Part shown: piece by piece, positions 9,432 to 20,011 of the stretch
Numbering within the stretch: position 1 is the first letter of the stretch
Layout: every line of letters begins with the position of its first letter
DNA from: Actinomycetota bacterium
GTDB taxonomy: Bacteria; Actinomycetota; Geothermincolia; Geothermincolales; RBG-13-55-18
NCBI GenBank assembly: GCA_034188985.1
Contig: JAXHVT010000027.1
Coordinates: 11,343-75,342, forward strand
Reading direction: 5' to 3'
DNA length: 64,000 bases
Position numbers and translations under genes: made by a program
The notes under the pieces: generated by a model
What the model was told of the DNA's origin: nothing
Database searches by the model: none
The model's input: only the letters and a program-made list of their open reading frames with translations

Positions 9432-11967
9432 AGAAGGAGGGGATGCCTATGGAGTCGTGGGCTCCCTGCTTGTTGTCGGTGGTCCACATGTACATGGCCC
9501 GCTCGGCCAGTACGCCTACCGGCGAGGAGCCGATGGACTCCACCACCGTGGATACGTCGAGGTTGTTCACCATGTCGTTAACGTGGACGGTAAAGCGGGA
9601 CTCGGGCTGCATGGTAAATACTATCTGCGCGGCGGGTCCGTCGGGACCCAGCAGGGTAACCTGTATCTCCGCGGTCTGCTCATTGGGATTCTGCACCAGC
9701 ACCCACTCGTCGAAGCCTGGGCGGGTGGTGCCCTCTGGCAGGTACCAGTAGGTCTGCGTCTCCGACGATCCTATCGAATCGTGTGCCCCTTGCTTGCCGT
9801 CAGTGGTGTGTATATACATGGCCCGCTCGGCCAGGATGCCCGCCCCGTCCAGCGACTCCACCACAGTGGAAACGTCGTTGTCTACAATAAAGTCGTTCAC
9901 GTGGATGGAGAAGCGCGAGTTGGCCCCCATATCGAACCTAAACTCGTTTCCGATACCCTCGGGGGTAAGGAACTTGGCGTTCACCTTGGTGCCGAAATCG
10001 TTCGGGTTCATCACCAGCACCCACTCGTCGAAGCCTGGGCGGGTGGTGCCCTCTGGCAGGTACCACTCCTGCCTGGGACAGCACAGGCCGATGGAGTCGT
10101 GCGAACCCCGCTTGCCGTCCAGCGTTGCCATGTACATGGCCCGCTCGCAGAAGACCGGCAGGGTCTCCCCCGCCACCTGGGTCAGGCATTCCACCTTGGT
10201 GGAGACTTCCTTATCCGGCACCTCCGGGTTTACGTGGATACTGAACCTGCTGCGGGCCCCGATACCTATCTCCAGCTCCTTCTCCAACCCTCCCCTGCCC
10301 AGGAACTGCACTCTCACCATCACCTCGATATCGTTGGGGTTCTGTATGAGAACCCACTCGTCGAAGCCGTAGTAGGTGGCTCCCTCGGCCAGGTACCAGA
10401 CGGAGCTGGGGGTGAGAATACCCTTGGAGTCATGGGCTCCCCACTTACCGTCCGGCGTACCATACATGTACATAGCCCGTTCGGCCATTATCTTGGCCCC
10501 TCTCACCGAGGTCACCATGGTGGAGACCTGCTCCTCCGGGGCCCACTCGTTGACGTGGATGGTGGACCGGGAATTGGGTAGAGCGTCGATCAATGGGCCC
10601 TCCCTTGGACCGGTGAGGGTCTGAAAGACCACCCTGAACTGGGCGTTGCTGTTCGTGGGGTTCATCACCAGAACCCACTCGTCGAAGCCCTTTCCGGTAT
10701 ATCCCTCCGGCAGGTACCAGCTGAAGGTCTGAAAACCGTATACCACGCAGTCGCCGGCGCCGTTGTACCAGGCCACGTTATATACCTCGTTTCCCGAAAT
10801 GCTATACCTATCGTTGAGGTTTATACTAAAGGCGCCGCTGCCGTCGGTATTGACCTCGAATACCACCGGATCTACGAAAGCGTCCATGGTTATCCTCAGG
10901 TAGGTATTCGGTGGCGCCGTTCCCGAGACCATGTTGGTGTAGGGATCCGCGATTGAGGATATGTCCTGGACGGTGATGCTACGGTTGCCTCCCATGTTAC
11001 AGCGTACCTGGTCACCTGGGACGATGTCATATCCCACGAACCAGGCGTCGAGGAATCCATCCCCCGCCGTAGTGGTATTGCGGGACTCCGACCCGGCATA
11101 GACGGTGAGGTTGGTGCTGGGCAGGTAGTAGCCCATTACCTCATCGTACTGGGGATAAACCACCAGCGTACCCCCTGTATTGGCCGCCTCCATCACCGAG
11201 TTGCCGCCGCCGTCCGTGGAATAGACGAAGGCCACGTCGCCTCGCCGGATATCGAATCCGGATATCGTAGCGCTATAGGCGCCACCCGAGGCGGTGACCT
11301 GCTTGCTGGCGACCCCAGGGGGTATATCACCGTAGTAAGTCGAGGGCGCCTGTATGTATACGTCCACCTTATTGCCCGTTTTAGCTGCACCGCTGACCCT
11401 GTTGTTCGCCGCACTCACGACGGCGGTCAGGGTGCAGTCGACCTCAACCGCTGCCCCCCCGGCCATATCCGTTACCTTTATCTTGTCCCCGGACTGTATA
11501 TCGCCAGATACGGTGGAGAAGTCGGCGGAAAAGAATTTCTGGGAATCCGTGGTGGTATTCACCGTCTTAATGGTGCCCCCACCCCTGATAAGCTCTACCT
11601 TAACTTGAGCGTTAGCATGGGTGGTGTTTCCGGTTACGATATCGAAGGGCAGGGATACCCTAAGCCCTGACTGCACGCTGGCGGCCTCGAAATCCCCGGT
11701 GTTAGCCCCCAGGTCGTCGGGCCAGGCCTCCTCGCGATCCTCCAGCAGGGCATGGGCCTCCTCGGGGCTCCCGGGCATCCCGTCCAGGGGATACTGCAGG
11801 GTTTCGGTTCCGGATGCGGCGCCATGGGCGGTCCGCATGGAACCCGGCAGGGACGCGAGGGGCGAGAAGAGCAGGAGAACGAGCGGCAGGGCCAGCAGGA
11901 TGACGTATAGCCTGGACGCCGGTCTCCTATCTTCTTTCATATCCACTCCCGGGTGCTTGTTCGACAT
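9430..11967 (-). CDS. Secreted surface protein with Ig-like N-terminal region and four C-terminal DUF5719-like repeats
   Basis: Signal peptide; 4x WYL(P/A)EG..GFDEWVL..NP...(A/C)ERAMY...HDS.G. Confidence 0.85.
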   Translation of the reverse strand: MSNKHPGVDMKEDRRPASRLYVILLALPLVLLLFSPLASLPGSMRTAHGAASGTETLQYPLDGMPGSPEEAHALLEDREEAWPDDLGANTGDFEAASVQSGLRVSLPFDIVTGNTTHANAQVKVELIRGGGTIKTVNTTTDSQKFFSADFSTVSGDIQSGDKIKVTDMAGGAAVEVDCTLTAVVSAANNRVSGAAKTGNKVDVYIQAPSTYYGDIPPGVASKQVTASGGAYSATISGFDIRRGDVAFVYSTDGGGNSVMEAANTGGTLVVYPQYDEVMGYYLPSTNLTVYAGSESRNTTTAGDGFLDAWFVGYDIVPGDQVRCNMGGNRSITVQDISSIADPYTNMVSGTAPPNTYLRITMDAFVDPVVFEVNTDGSGAFSINLNDRYSISGNEVYNVAWYNGAGDCVVYGFQTFSWYLPEGYTGKGFDEWVLVMNPTNSNAQFRVVFQTLTGPREGPLIDALPNSRSTIHVNEWAPEEQVSTMVTSVRGAKIMAERAMYMYGTPDGKWGAHDSKGILTPSSVWYLAEGATYYGFDEWVLIQNPNDIEVMVRVQFLGRGGLEKELEIGIGARSRFSIHVNPEVPDKEVSTKVECLTQVAGETLPVFCERAMYMATLDGKRGSHDSIGLCCPRQEWYLPEGTTRPGFDEWVLVMNPNDFGTKVNAKFLTPEGIGNEFRFDMGANSRFSIHVNDFIVDNDVSTVVESLDGAGILAERAMYIHTTDGKQGAHDSIGSSETQTYWYLPEGTTRPGFDEWVLVQNPNEQTAEIQVTLLGPDGPAAQIVFTMQPESRFTVHVNDMVNNLDVSTVVESIGSSPVGVLAERAMYMWTTDNKQGAHDSIGIPSF

Positions 11968-12013
11968 ATTCGATATTACTCCAGGTGACGGCTCCGGCTG
12001 TTCCTTGTTCTTC

Positions 12014-12784
12014 CTACAGGCATTGGATGTCGGTTATATGCCAGAGGCCATAATCCTTGCGCAAGCGCATCTCGGCCGGCTCGGTGCGGCCGCCCTTACT
12101 GACCACCACACCGCTCAGGACCACCTCGCACTCGCCTACCCGATTCACCGTATTCACGGTCATGTAGGCCAACCTGCCCTCCGCTACTTTGGTCAGGAAC
12201 TCCTGCAACTGCCGTATCTCCCTGGCCAGGTCGTCCTCGAAGCTGTCCGGAACCATGTAGTTGGTGCCCCCGCCCAGGTCTCCCTGCAACTGGTTGACTG
12301 CGGCGATGCGCCACAGCCCCCCCTCGTATTTCATAACGAAGGTCCCGTCGCTGCTACCCGAATCCGTGGCCACAGTGAAATAGACGTAGGATGTATTGGG
12401 GTCTCCCACCGGCTGGTAATCGGTGGAGGTTACGTCAAGCCTGGAGATCTCGCCTTCCGCCAGGGCCTTGAAGAAGTTCTGGTGGCGCTGGATCTCGGAG
12501 ACATAGCGTTGATCGGGGCTGGTATAGGAAAGGTCCTCGCCGCTCTGGCCCTCGGCGGTGCCCTCCAGGGAGGAAACACCGACATCGTCCCCGGATTCCT
12601 CCCCTCCCGAGATGGCACCGTCGGGGGCGGTGGTGCTCTCCAGGTCGGACTGGAAGGTGCCGTCCTCCTCGCCGGTGGCACGCTCCTGGCCGTCGTCCCC
12701 GTTATCCGCTATCCTCCAGGCGGCCAGCGATATACCGCCCGCGCAGAGAAGAATCACCAGGGTGATCACAAAAGCTTTCCTCAA
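12014..12784 (-). CDS. Membrane-anchored hypothetical protein with acidic linker and two duplicated NTF2-like domains
   Basis: N-terminal hydrophobic helix; internal repeat Q.F..(L/V)AEG...GLW.I. Confidence 0.7.
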   Translation of the reverse strand: MRKAFVITLVILLCAGGISLAAWRIADNGDDGQERATGEEDGTFQSDLESTTAPDGAISGGEESGDDVGVSSLEGTAEGQSGEDLSYTSPDQRYVSEIQRHQNFFKALAEGEISRLDVTSTDYQPVGDPNTSYVYFTVATDSGSSDGTFVMKYEGGLWRIAAVNQLQGDLGGGTNYMVPDSFEDDLAREIRQLQEFLTKVAEGRLAYMTVNTVNRVGECEVVLSGVVVSKGGRTEPAEMRLRKDYGLWHITDIQCL

Positions 12785-12895
12785 ACCGCTTTCCTTTCCG
12801 TTCTCTTACCTGCCTTATCTATTAATATAATTTGACATAAATATAGCACAGCCTTGTTCACTACCTATTGATATCGACATGGATTATGGTTGTCG

Positions 12896-13666
12896 TTAGC
12901 AGGCGATATCTCGCCCGTCCCTTCCCGTCATGGGCTCCATGGCCCCGTTGAGCTTTCCCTGCAGAAAGTCGGTGGTCCATTCAACCGCCCGTTTGCTGAG
13001 CAGGAGCCCCAGGTGGCCAGCCGGCAACCACACTTTCTGGTTGTAGGCGCAATCGAGGTGGCAGGTGGTATGGGGAATGGTTATGTAATCGAGCATGCTG
13101 TAGATGGACAGGCAGCGCGGCTTGCGGCAACGCGAGCCTTCCCTCTCCATGCAGGTTATAAAATCGCTGCCGGGGTGTAGCTGCCTCCCCGCCTTGGTCA
13201 GGGGGGTCAGGTAGGCCAGGTATGAACCGTGAAAGGGTGTGGCCAGGTACACAACGCGCTTTAGGTCGCGCCACCCCTCCATCTTCTGCAGATAGTAACG
13301 GATGATGACTCCGCCCAGGCTGTGTCCTATGAGATTTACCCTCTCCACGCCCAGGTCACGCTTCATCTCCTCCACCTGTTCGGCCACCACCTCGGCGGAA
13401 CGGGCGATATCCCCCATGGCCATCCAGGGTAGCCGGGCCGTCCTGACCACTAGCCCCTCCCCCCGCAGGCGCGCGCGTAAGATGCACGAGTGTGCCGGCG
13501 TCGAGGCGTAACCATGCACGAAGAAACAGGGGGGTATATCGGGGGGCTTATCCGTACCCGCATCCGGGGCGATATCTATGTTCCCTTCATCGCCGCCACG
13601 TGTGCCGGGGGTAGAAACCAGCTCCAGCTTCTTCCGGTCCTCGTTGTATCCGCCGGCGGCTTTCAT
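12896..13666 (-). CDS. Alpha/beta hydrolase (lipase/esterase)
   Basis: FVHG oxyanion motif, GHSLGG nucleophile elbow, LATPFHGS, D and GH catalytic residues. Confidence 0.88.
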   Translation of the reverse strand: MKAAGGYNEDRKKLELVSTPGTRGGDEGNIDIAPDAGTDKPPDIPPCFFVHGYASTPAHSCILRARLRGEGLVVRTARLPWMAMGDIARSAEVVAEQVEEMKRDLGVERVNLIGHSLGGVIIRYYLQKMEGWRDLKRVVYLATPFHGSYLAYLTPLTKAGRQLHPGSDFITCMEREGSRCRKPRCLSIYSMLDYITIPHTTCHLDCAYNQKVWLPAGHLGLLLSKRAVEWTTDFLQGKLNGAMEPMTGRDGRDIAC

Positions 13667-13855
13667 TTGTATGCTCCTCTTTTCGCCCCGCCCTCTTCGT
13701 GCAATTATTCGCCTTTAACCTCTTCGCCGCCTTCCTTGCTTCCCTGCAAGGGACACCTAAAACCATATCGACTGCTTCCCGCCGCCACTTTAGACAACCT
13801 TTTCTCGTGCCACTCCTTACATCGATGCGGCGAACCCCCTCCGTGCCAACATGAG

Positions 13856-14207
13856 TGAGACACCTGCCCCCCTATAATTCAAGGTAGAAGAGGGCGAGAA
13901 GGAGAGAGATATCATGGAGACTCGGGGAGGGATTCTTTTGGAGGAAAAGGAGGGAATATATAAAGATCGGGATAGGTCGTCCCAAAGCCCGGGTCAGGAG
14001 GCGAAAGAAGCACGCCCCGACCCCGAGGTCACCGCAAGACCCACCCGTAGAAAGCTGACCGCCGAATATAAGCTCAAGATCTTAGCCGAGGCCGACGCCT
14101 GCGCCACCCCGGGGGAGACAGGAGCCCTGCTGAGAAGGGAGGGCCTATATTCCTCCTACCTCTCCCGCTGGAGAAGGGCGCGGCGGCGTGAGCCGCGCCC
14201 TCTATAA
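13856..14207 (+). mobile_element. Truncated IS3-family element: probable left end plus partial orfA; no integrase orfB
   Basis: [42 protein letters not shown]; candidate end TGAGAC at 13856. Confidence 0.75.
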
Positions 14208-14250
14208 CCAGGTTCGCGGGGTCAATACCAGGCTGCAATTGCTGTTACAG

Positions 14251-14601
14251 CTACTTGGCTTCCTCGCTCTCTTCCCTGGCCTTCTTGGCCATTTTCCTTT
14301 CCAGAGAGGCCAGTTTTTTATCCAGAGCCTCGATATCGCTCTTGGTAATAAGGCCCATTTGGCCAAGGGCTTTCTCCACTGTATTCCCTATGGTCTCGGT
14401 GAGTTCGTCCGACAAATGCATCCCTCTCTCTTTCAGGATCTCCCTGCTCTCCTTACCCTTGGCGGCTCTTTTCCCGGCCTCGGGTGCCACCCCTTTGCCC
14501 TTGTTCACAAGGCCCTTGGCGAGCTTTTCGCTTCTTTCGCGCAGCTCGGCAAAGGTGCCTATAATGAGATAGGGCAAATCCGTCAATTCTATTCCGGCCA
14601 T
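14251..14601 (-). CDS. Phasin-like (PHA granule-associated) protein
   Basis: LV.KG motif and C-terminal MGLITKSDIEALDKKLASLE. Confidence 0.75.
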   Translation of the reverse strand: MAGIELTDLPYLIIGTFAELRERSEKLAKGLVNKGKGVAPEAGKRAAKGKESREILKERGMHLSDELTETIGNTVEKALGQMGLITKSDIEALDKKLASLERKMAKKAREESEEAK

Positions 14602-14621
14602 CTCATCAATCCTCCTGTTTC

Positions 14622-14933
14622 CTACAGCTTCTTATCCAGCTTGGCAATCCTGCCGTTCAGCTTGTCCAGGTCCGCCTTGGTGACCACTCCCATGTTTCCC
14701 AGTACTCTCTGCACCTCCTTGGCCACGGTGTTGGCGAACTCCTCCTGCTGGCTGCGGCCTTTCTCGACCAGCTCCGAGATGTAGGCCTCGCTCTTCTTGG
14801 CCGCCTCTTTGGGCTGTTCCTTGAAGCGCTTCTGGCCTTTTACGACAAGCTCGTCCACCATCTTCTTGGATTCGGACCTTGCGGTAGACATGGCTCCCAG
14901 GACGAGATAAGGAATATCTTTGGGCTCCATCAT
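14622..14933 (-). CDS. Phasin-like protein, tandem paralog
   Basis: VDELVVKGQ and MGVVTKADLDKLNGRIAKL; same PYL..G N-terminus as the neighbour. Confidence 0.78.
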   Translation of the reverse strand: MMEPKDIPYLVLGAMSTARSESKKMVDELVVKGQKRFKEQPKEAAKKSEAYISELVEKGRSQQEEFANTVAKEVQRVLGNMGVVTKADLDKLNGRIAKLDKKL

Positions 14934-15483
14934 TTCACCTCCCTGAAACTTTTTATTTATCCCCGTTCTATGGAGATAATGTCTAGATTCTACAATAATG
15001 TCCCTGCAAAATCAAGAATTGGTTATATGGTTCAACCAATATACCATTAGCGCGTATCCATATACCTTCTATGCATTCGTCGCCTTCTGAAATCCTCGAT
15101 GCTGTATATAACTATCTCCATCCGGTTTTTTCTCAAACCCTTTCGAGCTCCCCCGCCGGTGCCGTTTCCAGGTGCACCGCATGACCGACAATATCGAAAA
15201 AACCCTTCCCGCCTCGCGGATGATGTCCGCAATACTTCGGGGAAGGGGTTCGAGGAATACCCGTTGGAGATGGGCTCCGGGGACAGGACCGGCTCATGAG
15301 AGGGCGGAAAAAGACTATACCGACGGCACGAGGGTTCGCCTAGCGCTCATCTCCCCGTACCACCAACCCGCCTAACCCGCCCCGGCCCGAGCCGGCAGGG
15401 TACGGGAGCGGCCTACCAACGTAGCCGCCGCATCCGCCAAGGCTCGAACCGCCTCCCGTTCCGCCGGTAATGCGGGCCCGATC

Positions 15484-16362
15484 TCAACTCGGGGCCTGCT
15501 GCATCTCGCCCTGCTGGCGGACATGGCACCCCGAGATTATCGTCTTGGTCTGTATAGCCCTGCCGGTGAAGGGTATCTCCACGTAAAGGTCGAGGACCAG
15601 GTCTCGAGCCGCCGGCGATACGAGCAGCCGGTTCATGAGCTTGGCCAGAACCTCCGGACCCATAATCTCGGCCACACGCGTCAAGAATCCCATGTACGCG
15701 TCCACGGTCCTGTTGATCCTGGCCGGATCCATCCTCTTGAGGATATCCTCCGCGACCTCCTCCATGGCCTCCAGCATATAAGCCAGGGTGTCGGGATCCA
15801 TCTCCCTGACCAGGTCCATGAACCATTCCGCATTGGCGTTCACCACCGCCCCCAGCGTCTTCTTGTTGAGGCTGGCCAGGAGCTTGCTCAGCCAAAGGGA
15901 ATTCGTGTTAACGGCGTTGGCCACGGCGGCGGGCTCCAGTCTGCCCACGATATTGGCAAGGAGGGCCGGGTTGAGGTTGACGACCGAGGCCAGAATCTCC
16001 GGATCGATCAGGCCCACTATATCGGATATGAAGTCCTCCTGTCCTCCCAGGATATCTGCCACGGCCAGGGGGTCGAGTGAATCCGCTATCTCGACCACGA
16101 AATCGGGGTTTTCGTTGACGATATCCGCGACTTTCACCGGGTCCAGATAGTCCATGATGCTGTTGACGAAGCCGGGCTTGGCGTTGAACGCCCGGGCCAG
16201 GGCCGCCGGATCCAGCTCATCCATTATCCTCACGATCAAGTTCGGGTTGTTGTTGACGGTAGCGGCTATGATATCGGGGGTTACCGAGGCTATCGAACCG
16301 CTGAGAAGCCGGCTGTTGCTTACGAACCTCCCCGTAAGCTCTATCAATGCTTTCAGTATCAT
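15484..16362 (-). CDS. Helical solenoid protein with a 23-aa tandem repeat
   Basis: About 9-10 units starting (L/I/M)DP. Confidence 0.8.
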   Translation of the reverse strand: MILKALIELTGRFVSNSRLLSGSIASVTPDIIAATVNNNPNLIVRIMDELDPAALARAFNAKPGFVNSIMDYLDPVKVADIVNENPDFVVEIADSLDPLAVADILGGQEDFISDIVGLIDPEILASVVNLNPALLANIVGRLEPAAVANAVNTNSLWLSKLLASLNKKTLGAVVNANAEWFMDLVREMDPDTLAYMLEAMEEVAEDILKRMDPARINRTVDAYMGFLTRVAEIMGPEVLAKLMNRLLVSPAARDLVLDLYVEIPFTGRAIQTKTIISGCHVRQQGEMQQAPS

Positions 16363-16753
16363 GGCGCTCTCCCTTCTCTTGCCACGAGGACATCGCCAAC
16401 CAGCCCGCAGTCCCGGGGACCACCGCTACAAAGCCGCCTGCGCGCTTATATGCGCTTATATATATTCTCGCCGATCGATACCCATCTTAATCCAGGTATT
16501 CAAGAACCGACCGTCTCCACCCCGCCTTTGAGCCCTATAGTGAATATCGTAACAGCCGGCGAGAGTCATTAAGAGATAATGGTATCCCCCGGCCATAGCG
16601 ATTTTCCGAAAGAGGGGTTCATTAAAGCTTGTATTTCCTAGCATCCAGATATTATTCTCTCTCCGACCGGGATACGAAGCGCTACGCCTCGACGTTGCCG
16701 TCTCTTGTAAGGGCGCATCCGCGACATGGTTAAACGCTCCGGCCCGATACCTC

Positions 16754-18433
16754 TCATGGCTGCTCTATCAGGATGAAGACTGAGGAGGTCGAATAGCCAC
16801 CGGGAATGTCCTCCCAGTTGAGGTCCATCCTGAAATCGAATAGTAAATCGCTTCCGCCGGGCTGGGGTGTCCTGGTTTGGGCGTCGGGGAAGACCTCCAT
16901 GTCCATGAGGGTGAAGGGAGTCCATAAGCCGCTGCCGGTAAAGCTCCACTGCATCTGCGAGATGGGAATAATCTCCGGGGGCACCTGGGAGTTATCGGTC
17001 AAGTTGGAGGTAGCCCTGATGGTCAGGTTCCAGTTTGTGGAACTCAGTATCCAGAGCTTGACCGCATAGGGGGGGCTTCCTCCCCCGATTATGAAGGGTG
17101 AACTCTCGGGATTCATGTCACCGAAACTCACCGAGCCGCCGCCCGGGGTCCCATTCCGATTGTAGGTGTCCACGAGGCTCATGCTGAGGATATCCGCGGT
17201 TTTAAAGGTCCAGGAGTAATCCGCGGGCAGTGGATTTCCCGCCAGGTCGGTTATACCCGTGGTTACCGTGGCCGTGTAGTTATAACCGTAGAAGAGATCG
17301 TTCGACGGATCCAGGGTGGCGGTCTTGGAGGCGGGGTCGTAGGATATGGCGCCCGTTATGAGGGTCGCCTCTTCATCGACAAGGGTGAAGGTGGAGGAGT
17401 TAATACTGCTTTCCAGCATATTGTTCGCCTCTAGAAAGGCCACCTGGATGCTGTCGTTCACACCGACGTTTATCTCCCCAGCGGGGGGATCGCTGGACAG
17501 GACCTCGGGTGGGGTCCAGTCTATTACCACCGTCACTCCCGGCCCAGGGGTTTCCACGTTACCCGTCGCGTCCCGAGCCCGGCTGCGGAGGTTGTAGGTT
17601 CCTTCCGCGGAGATAGGATCCCAATCATAGATCCAGGTGGAGAAATCGCCCGGGACCACCGGGTCGGCGGGGGCCCAGGCCGTACCCCCATCCAGCGAGA
17701 CCTCCACCAGCGAAACCCCGCTGGGATCGGGCGCCGGGTCCGAGGAGTTACCCTGGATGGTGTAAGCGCTTACGTTAAGCTGTTCCTGATCGGACGGGGC
17801 GGTGATGCTGGAAACCGGCGGCGTTATATCGTAGACGAACCGAGCCCGCAGGAGGTCTATATACAGGTCCGTACGCCTGAAATCGAAACCCCCGTTTACG
17901 TAGCTATTGTCCGCTATCCTCAACCTGAACTGCCCGGTGGCGTTGACGAAGCTCCTGGCAAGCGCGGCGTCCCCTACCGTAACCTGCAAGGTCCCGATGG
18001 GGGACGTGGGCAGGCTTCCCAGAGAATACCAAGTGGAATCCCATGCCCCCGCGTCGTAATCGTAGAACTGGAGGTACCAACTCTCGCTGGCCTCCGACTG
18101 GTAGCCCACCATATCGACCTGGATATCCAGGAGGTGTTCCCTGGTGGTTTCGGAAAAAGCCTGCCAGCTGTTCCACGACGCATCCAGGTAATTCAGAATG
18201 TAGAAAATCGTCTGCTCGCGCAATATCATGTATGTGCCGTCCTCGGCCTGAACATTGACGTAGCTTCCCGAGACTATCGAGCCCATGTTAAAGCTGGGGT
18301 TGGCCGTGGGAACCTTGTAAACGGAATCCGCCTCGCCGGGCACGATAACAAAGAAGGGCTGCAGGGTAATTACCAGCAACAACGCGGCCAGGGCGAACCG
18401 AAACTGGCAACCCGGGCGGCGGCGGGTCTTCAT
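16754..18433 (-). CDS. Secreted Ig-like domain protein with C-terminal WxL/pilin-like domain
   Basis: Signal peptide, DITPPVSSIT and WTPPEV..ITDLAGNPL..YSWTF Ig repeats; tail IPISQ..LNWEDIPGGYS resembles 21340..21864. Confidence 0.75.
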   Translation of the reverse strand: MKTRRRPGCQFRFALAALLLVITLQPFFVIVPGEADSVYKVPTANPSFNMGSIVSGSYVNVQAEDGTYMILREQTIFYILNYLDASWNSWQAFSETTREHLLDIQVDMVGYQSEASESWYLQFYDYDAGAWDSTWYSLGSLPTSPIGTLQVTVGDAALARSFVNATGQFRLRIADNSYVNGGFDFRRTDLYIDLLRARFVYDITPPVSSITAPSDQEQLNVSAYTIQGNSSDPAPDPSGVSLVEVSLDGGTAWAPADPVVPGDFSTWIYDWDPISAEGTYNLRSRARDATGNVETPGPGVTVVIDWTPPEVLSSDPPAGEINVGVNDSIQVAFLEANNMLESSINSSTFTLVDEEATLITGAISYDPASKTATLDPSNDLFYGYNYTATVTTGITDLAGNPLPADYSWTFKTADILSMSLVDTYNRNGTPGGGSVSFGDMNPESSPFIIGGGSPPYAVKLWILSSTNWNLTIRATSNLTDNSQVPPEIIPISQMQWSFTGSGLWTPFTLMDMEVFPDAQTRTPQPGGSDLLFDFRMDLNWEDIPGGYSTSSVFILIEQP

Positions 18434-19182
18434 CGCCCTTCCTCCTCTTTCGCGCCCTCTTGTTCCGCGCTCTTTCTGCTCCTGTGCACGCAGGTTACCA
18501 CCAGCACCATGAGGCCGACGAGTAAAACGGCCAAGACGGCTAAAAAGCCCTGGAGCACTCCAGACATGCCGGTGTCATCGCCCTTTTCCTCCGTTAACAC
18601 CACCAGGTCGACGAGCACCGCAAGGCCTCCCGTCAACCCAATACCTTCCATGCCCTCCTCGAAGGTCTCGAAGGTAACCGCGAAATGATATGGTCCCGGG
18701 TCGACTCCCGGGGGCACGGTGACCGAAAAGGCGAAGAGCTCGCTCTGCGATGGCGTCAGCTGAAATGCCTCTTCCTCCAGGGAGAACCAGGAACACGTGC
18801 CATCCGGCTCGAGTAACGGCATGCCATCGGAATGTTCCTTGACGGTCATCACGCGGGGGAGGAGGCTCACCTCCTCCGTACCCTTGTTTATCAGCTTCAC
18901 CTCCATGGCCTGGCCCTCACCCGGCAGGAGGCTTGCCGGGATACGGGTGGGAGTTATGGCGATAGCCGTCCCCGCCGAAGCCGGCCCAAGCAGCAGCGTG
19001 AGCATAAACAACGCCGCAATCGCGGCTGAAACGGACGCAGGCACGGTTACGAACCACGCACTGCCGCCCGTTGATCCCCGAAAACGCGAACCTCTTTCTA
19101 CGATCGATCTTCCCTCTCGACGATTCATGTTTCCCCATGATCCATCTTCCCATCTTTCCGGCTCTTTTTTTATACTTTTCAC
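18430..19182 (-). CDS. DUF916/chaperone-like Ig-fold protein with C-terminal membrane anchor
   Basis: IAITPTR, L.N.G, CSWF, VTVP..PG.YH.AV.F, TM helix; start uncertain. Confidence 0.65.
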   Translation of the reverse strand: MKSIKKEPERWEDGSWGNMNRREGRSIVERGSRFRGSTGGSAWFVTVPASVSAAIAALFMLTLLLGPASAGTAIAITPTRIPASLLPGEGQAMEVKLINKGTEEVSLLPRVMTVKEHSDGMPLLEPDGTCSWFSLEEEAFQLTPSQSELFAFSVTVPPGVDPGPYHFAVTFETFEEGMEGIGLTGGLAVLVDLVVLTEEKGDDTGMSGVLQGFLAVLAVLLVGLMVLVVTCVHRSRKSAEQEGAKEEEGR

Positions 19183-19476
19183 ACGCTTCCTTCCCCCACT
19201 ACGCGGCTTCTCTACCGTATCCCCCGGCTACCCGACATCCGTTCTATTACAATTTCATGCCTTTTCCGTTAACGGCATTTCCTTGTAATCGGTTTCTCGC
19301 CTGAAAGTGTCTATCCCCGCCTATTACTATAATCGGAAGGACAATCATTTTGCGTTATCCACGTGCCGACGGGCTTTAATGCCCCGTTCACACATCGGTC
19401 GCGGCGGAATCACCCATTTTACCTATGATGTGACGGCTCACTTTGGTCGTTGATAAAGGTGGAGGTCAGACGGGAC

Positions 19477-19713
19477 ATGAACACCAAATATACGGCACGG
19501 GGAATTATCTCGAAACTCTTCATCATCCTTTTCCTTTGCGCCATCTTGGCTTGCATCCTGGCCCCCGCATCCATCGCGGGGGAAGTACGAACCGTAACGC
19601 TTGGTGTAACTATAGGTACCTGCATACACGTCTCCCAGGACGGAACGGTCAGGAGCAACGTATCCACGGCTTCACTGGAGTCGACGGGAACGCTAACCGT
19701 CATCGCCTTGTAG
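19477..19713 (+). CDS. Small secreted beta-rich protein
   Basis: GGAGGT RBS, signal peptide ending ASIA. Confidence 0.6.
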   Translation: MNTKYTARGIISKLFIILFLCAILACILAPASIAGEVRTVTLGVTIGTCIHVSQDGTVRSNVSTASLESTGTLTVIAL

Positions 19714-20011
19714 GTACTTGCGGCAACCCCTAACAGTCTGCCAGCCCCGCGCGGCTCTTATGTTGCACCCTCGCCGAATCCCTTATACCGACATAGTCCC
19801 TTGACCTGCCCGTGAGGCCCTGGATCGCTCCAAACCCCTACACCCGCGAGACAGCTCGATAGCATCGTAGCCGGTCAAGTCCCATAAAATCGCGTGCCAT
19901 CCGGCTGTTAACCGCTTTTTTTCAGGATGGACTAACCCTTTTACCGGTGATGGTCTTCCGCGACTCGACGTAAACAAGCGCCGGTGTTTGCCCTTAGAAT
20001 CCGTGGTTGCG

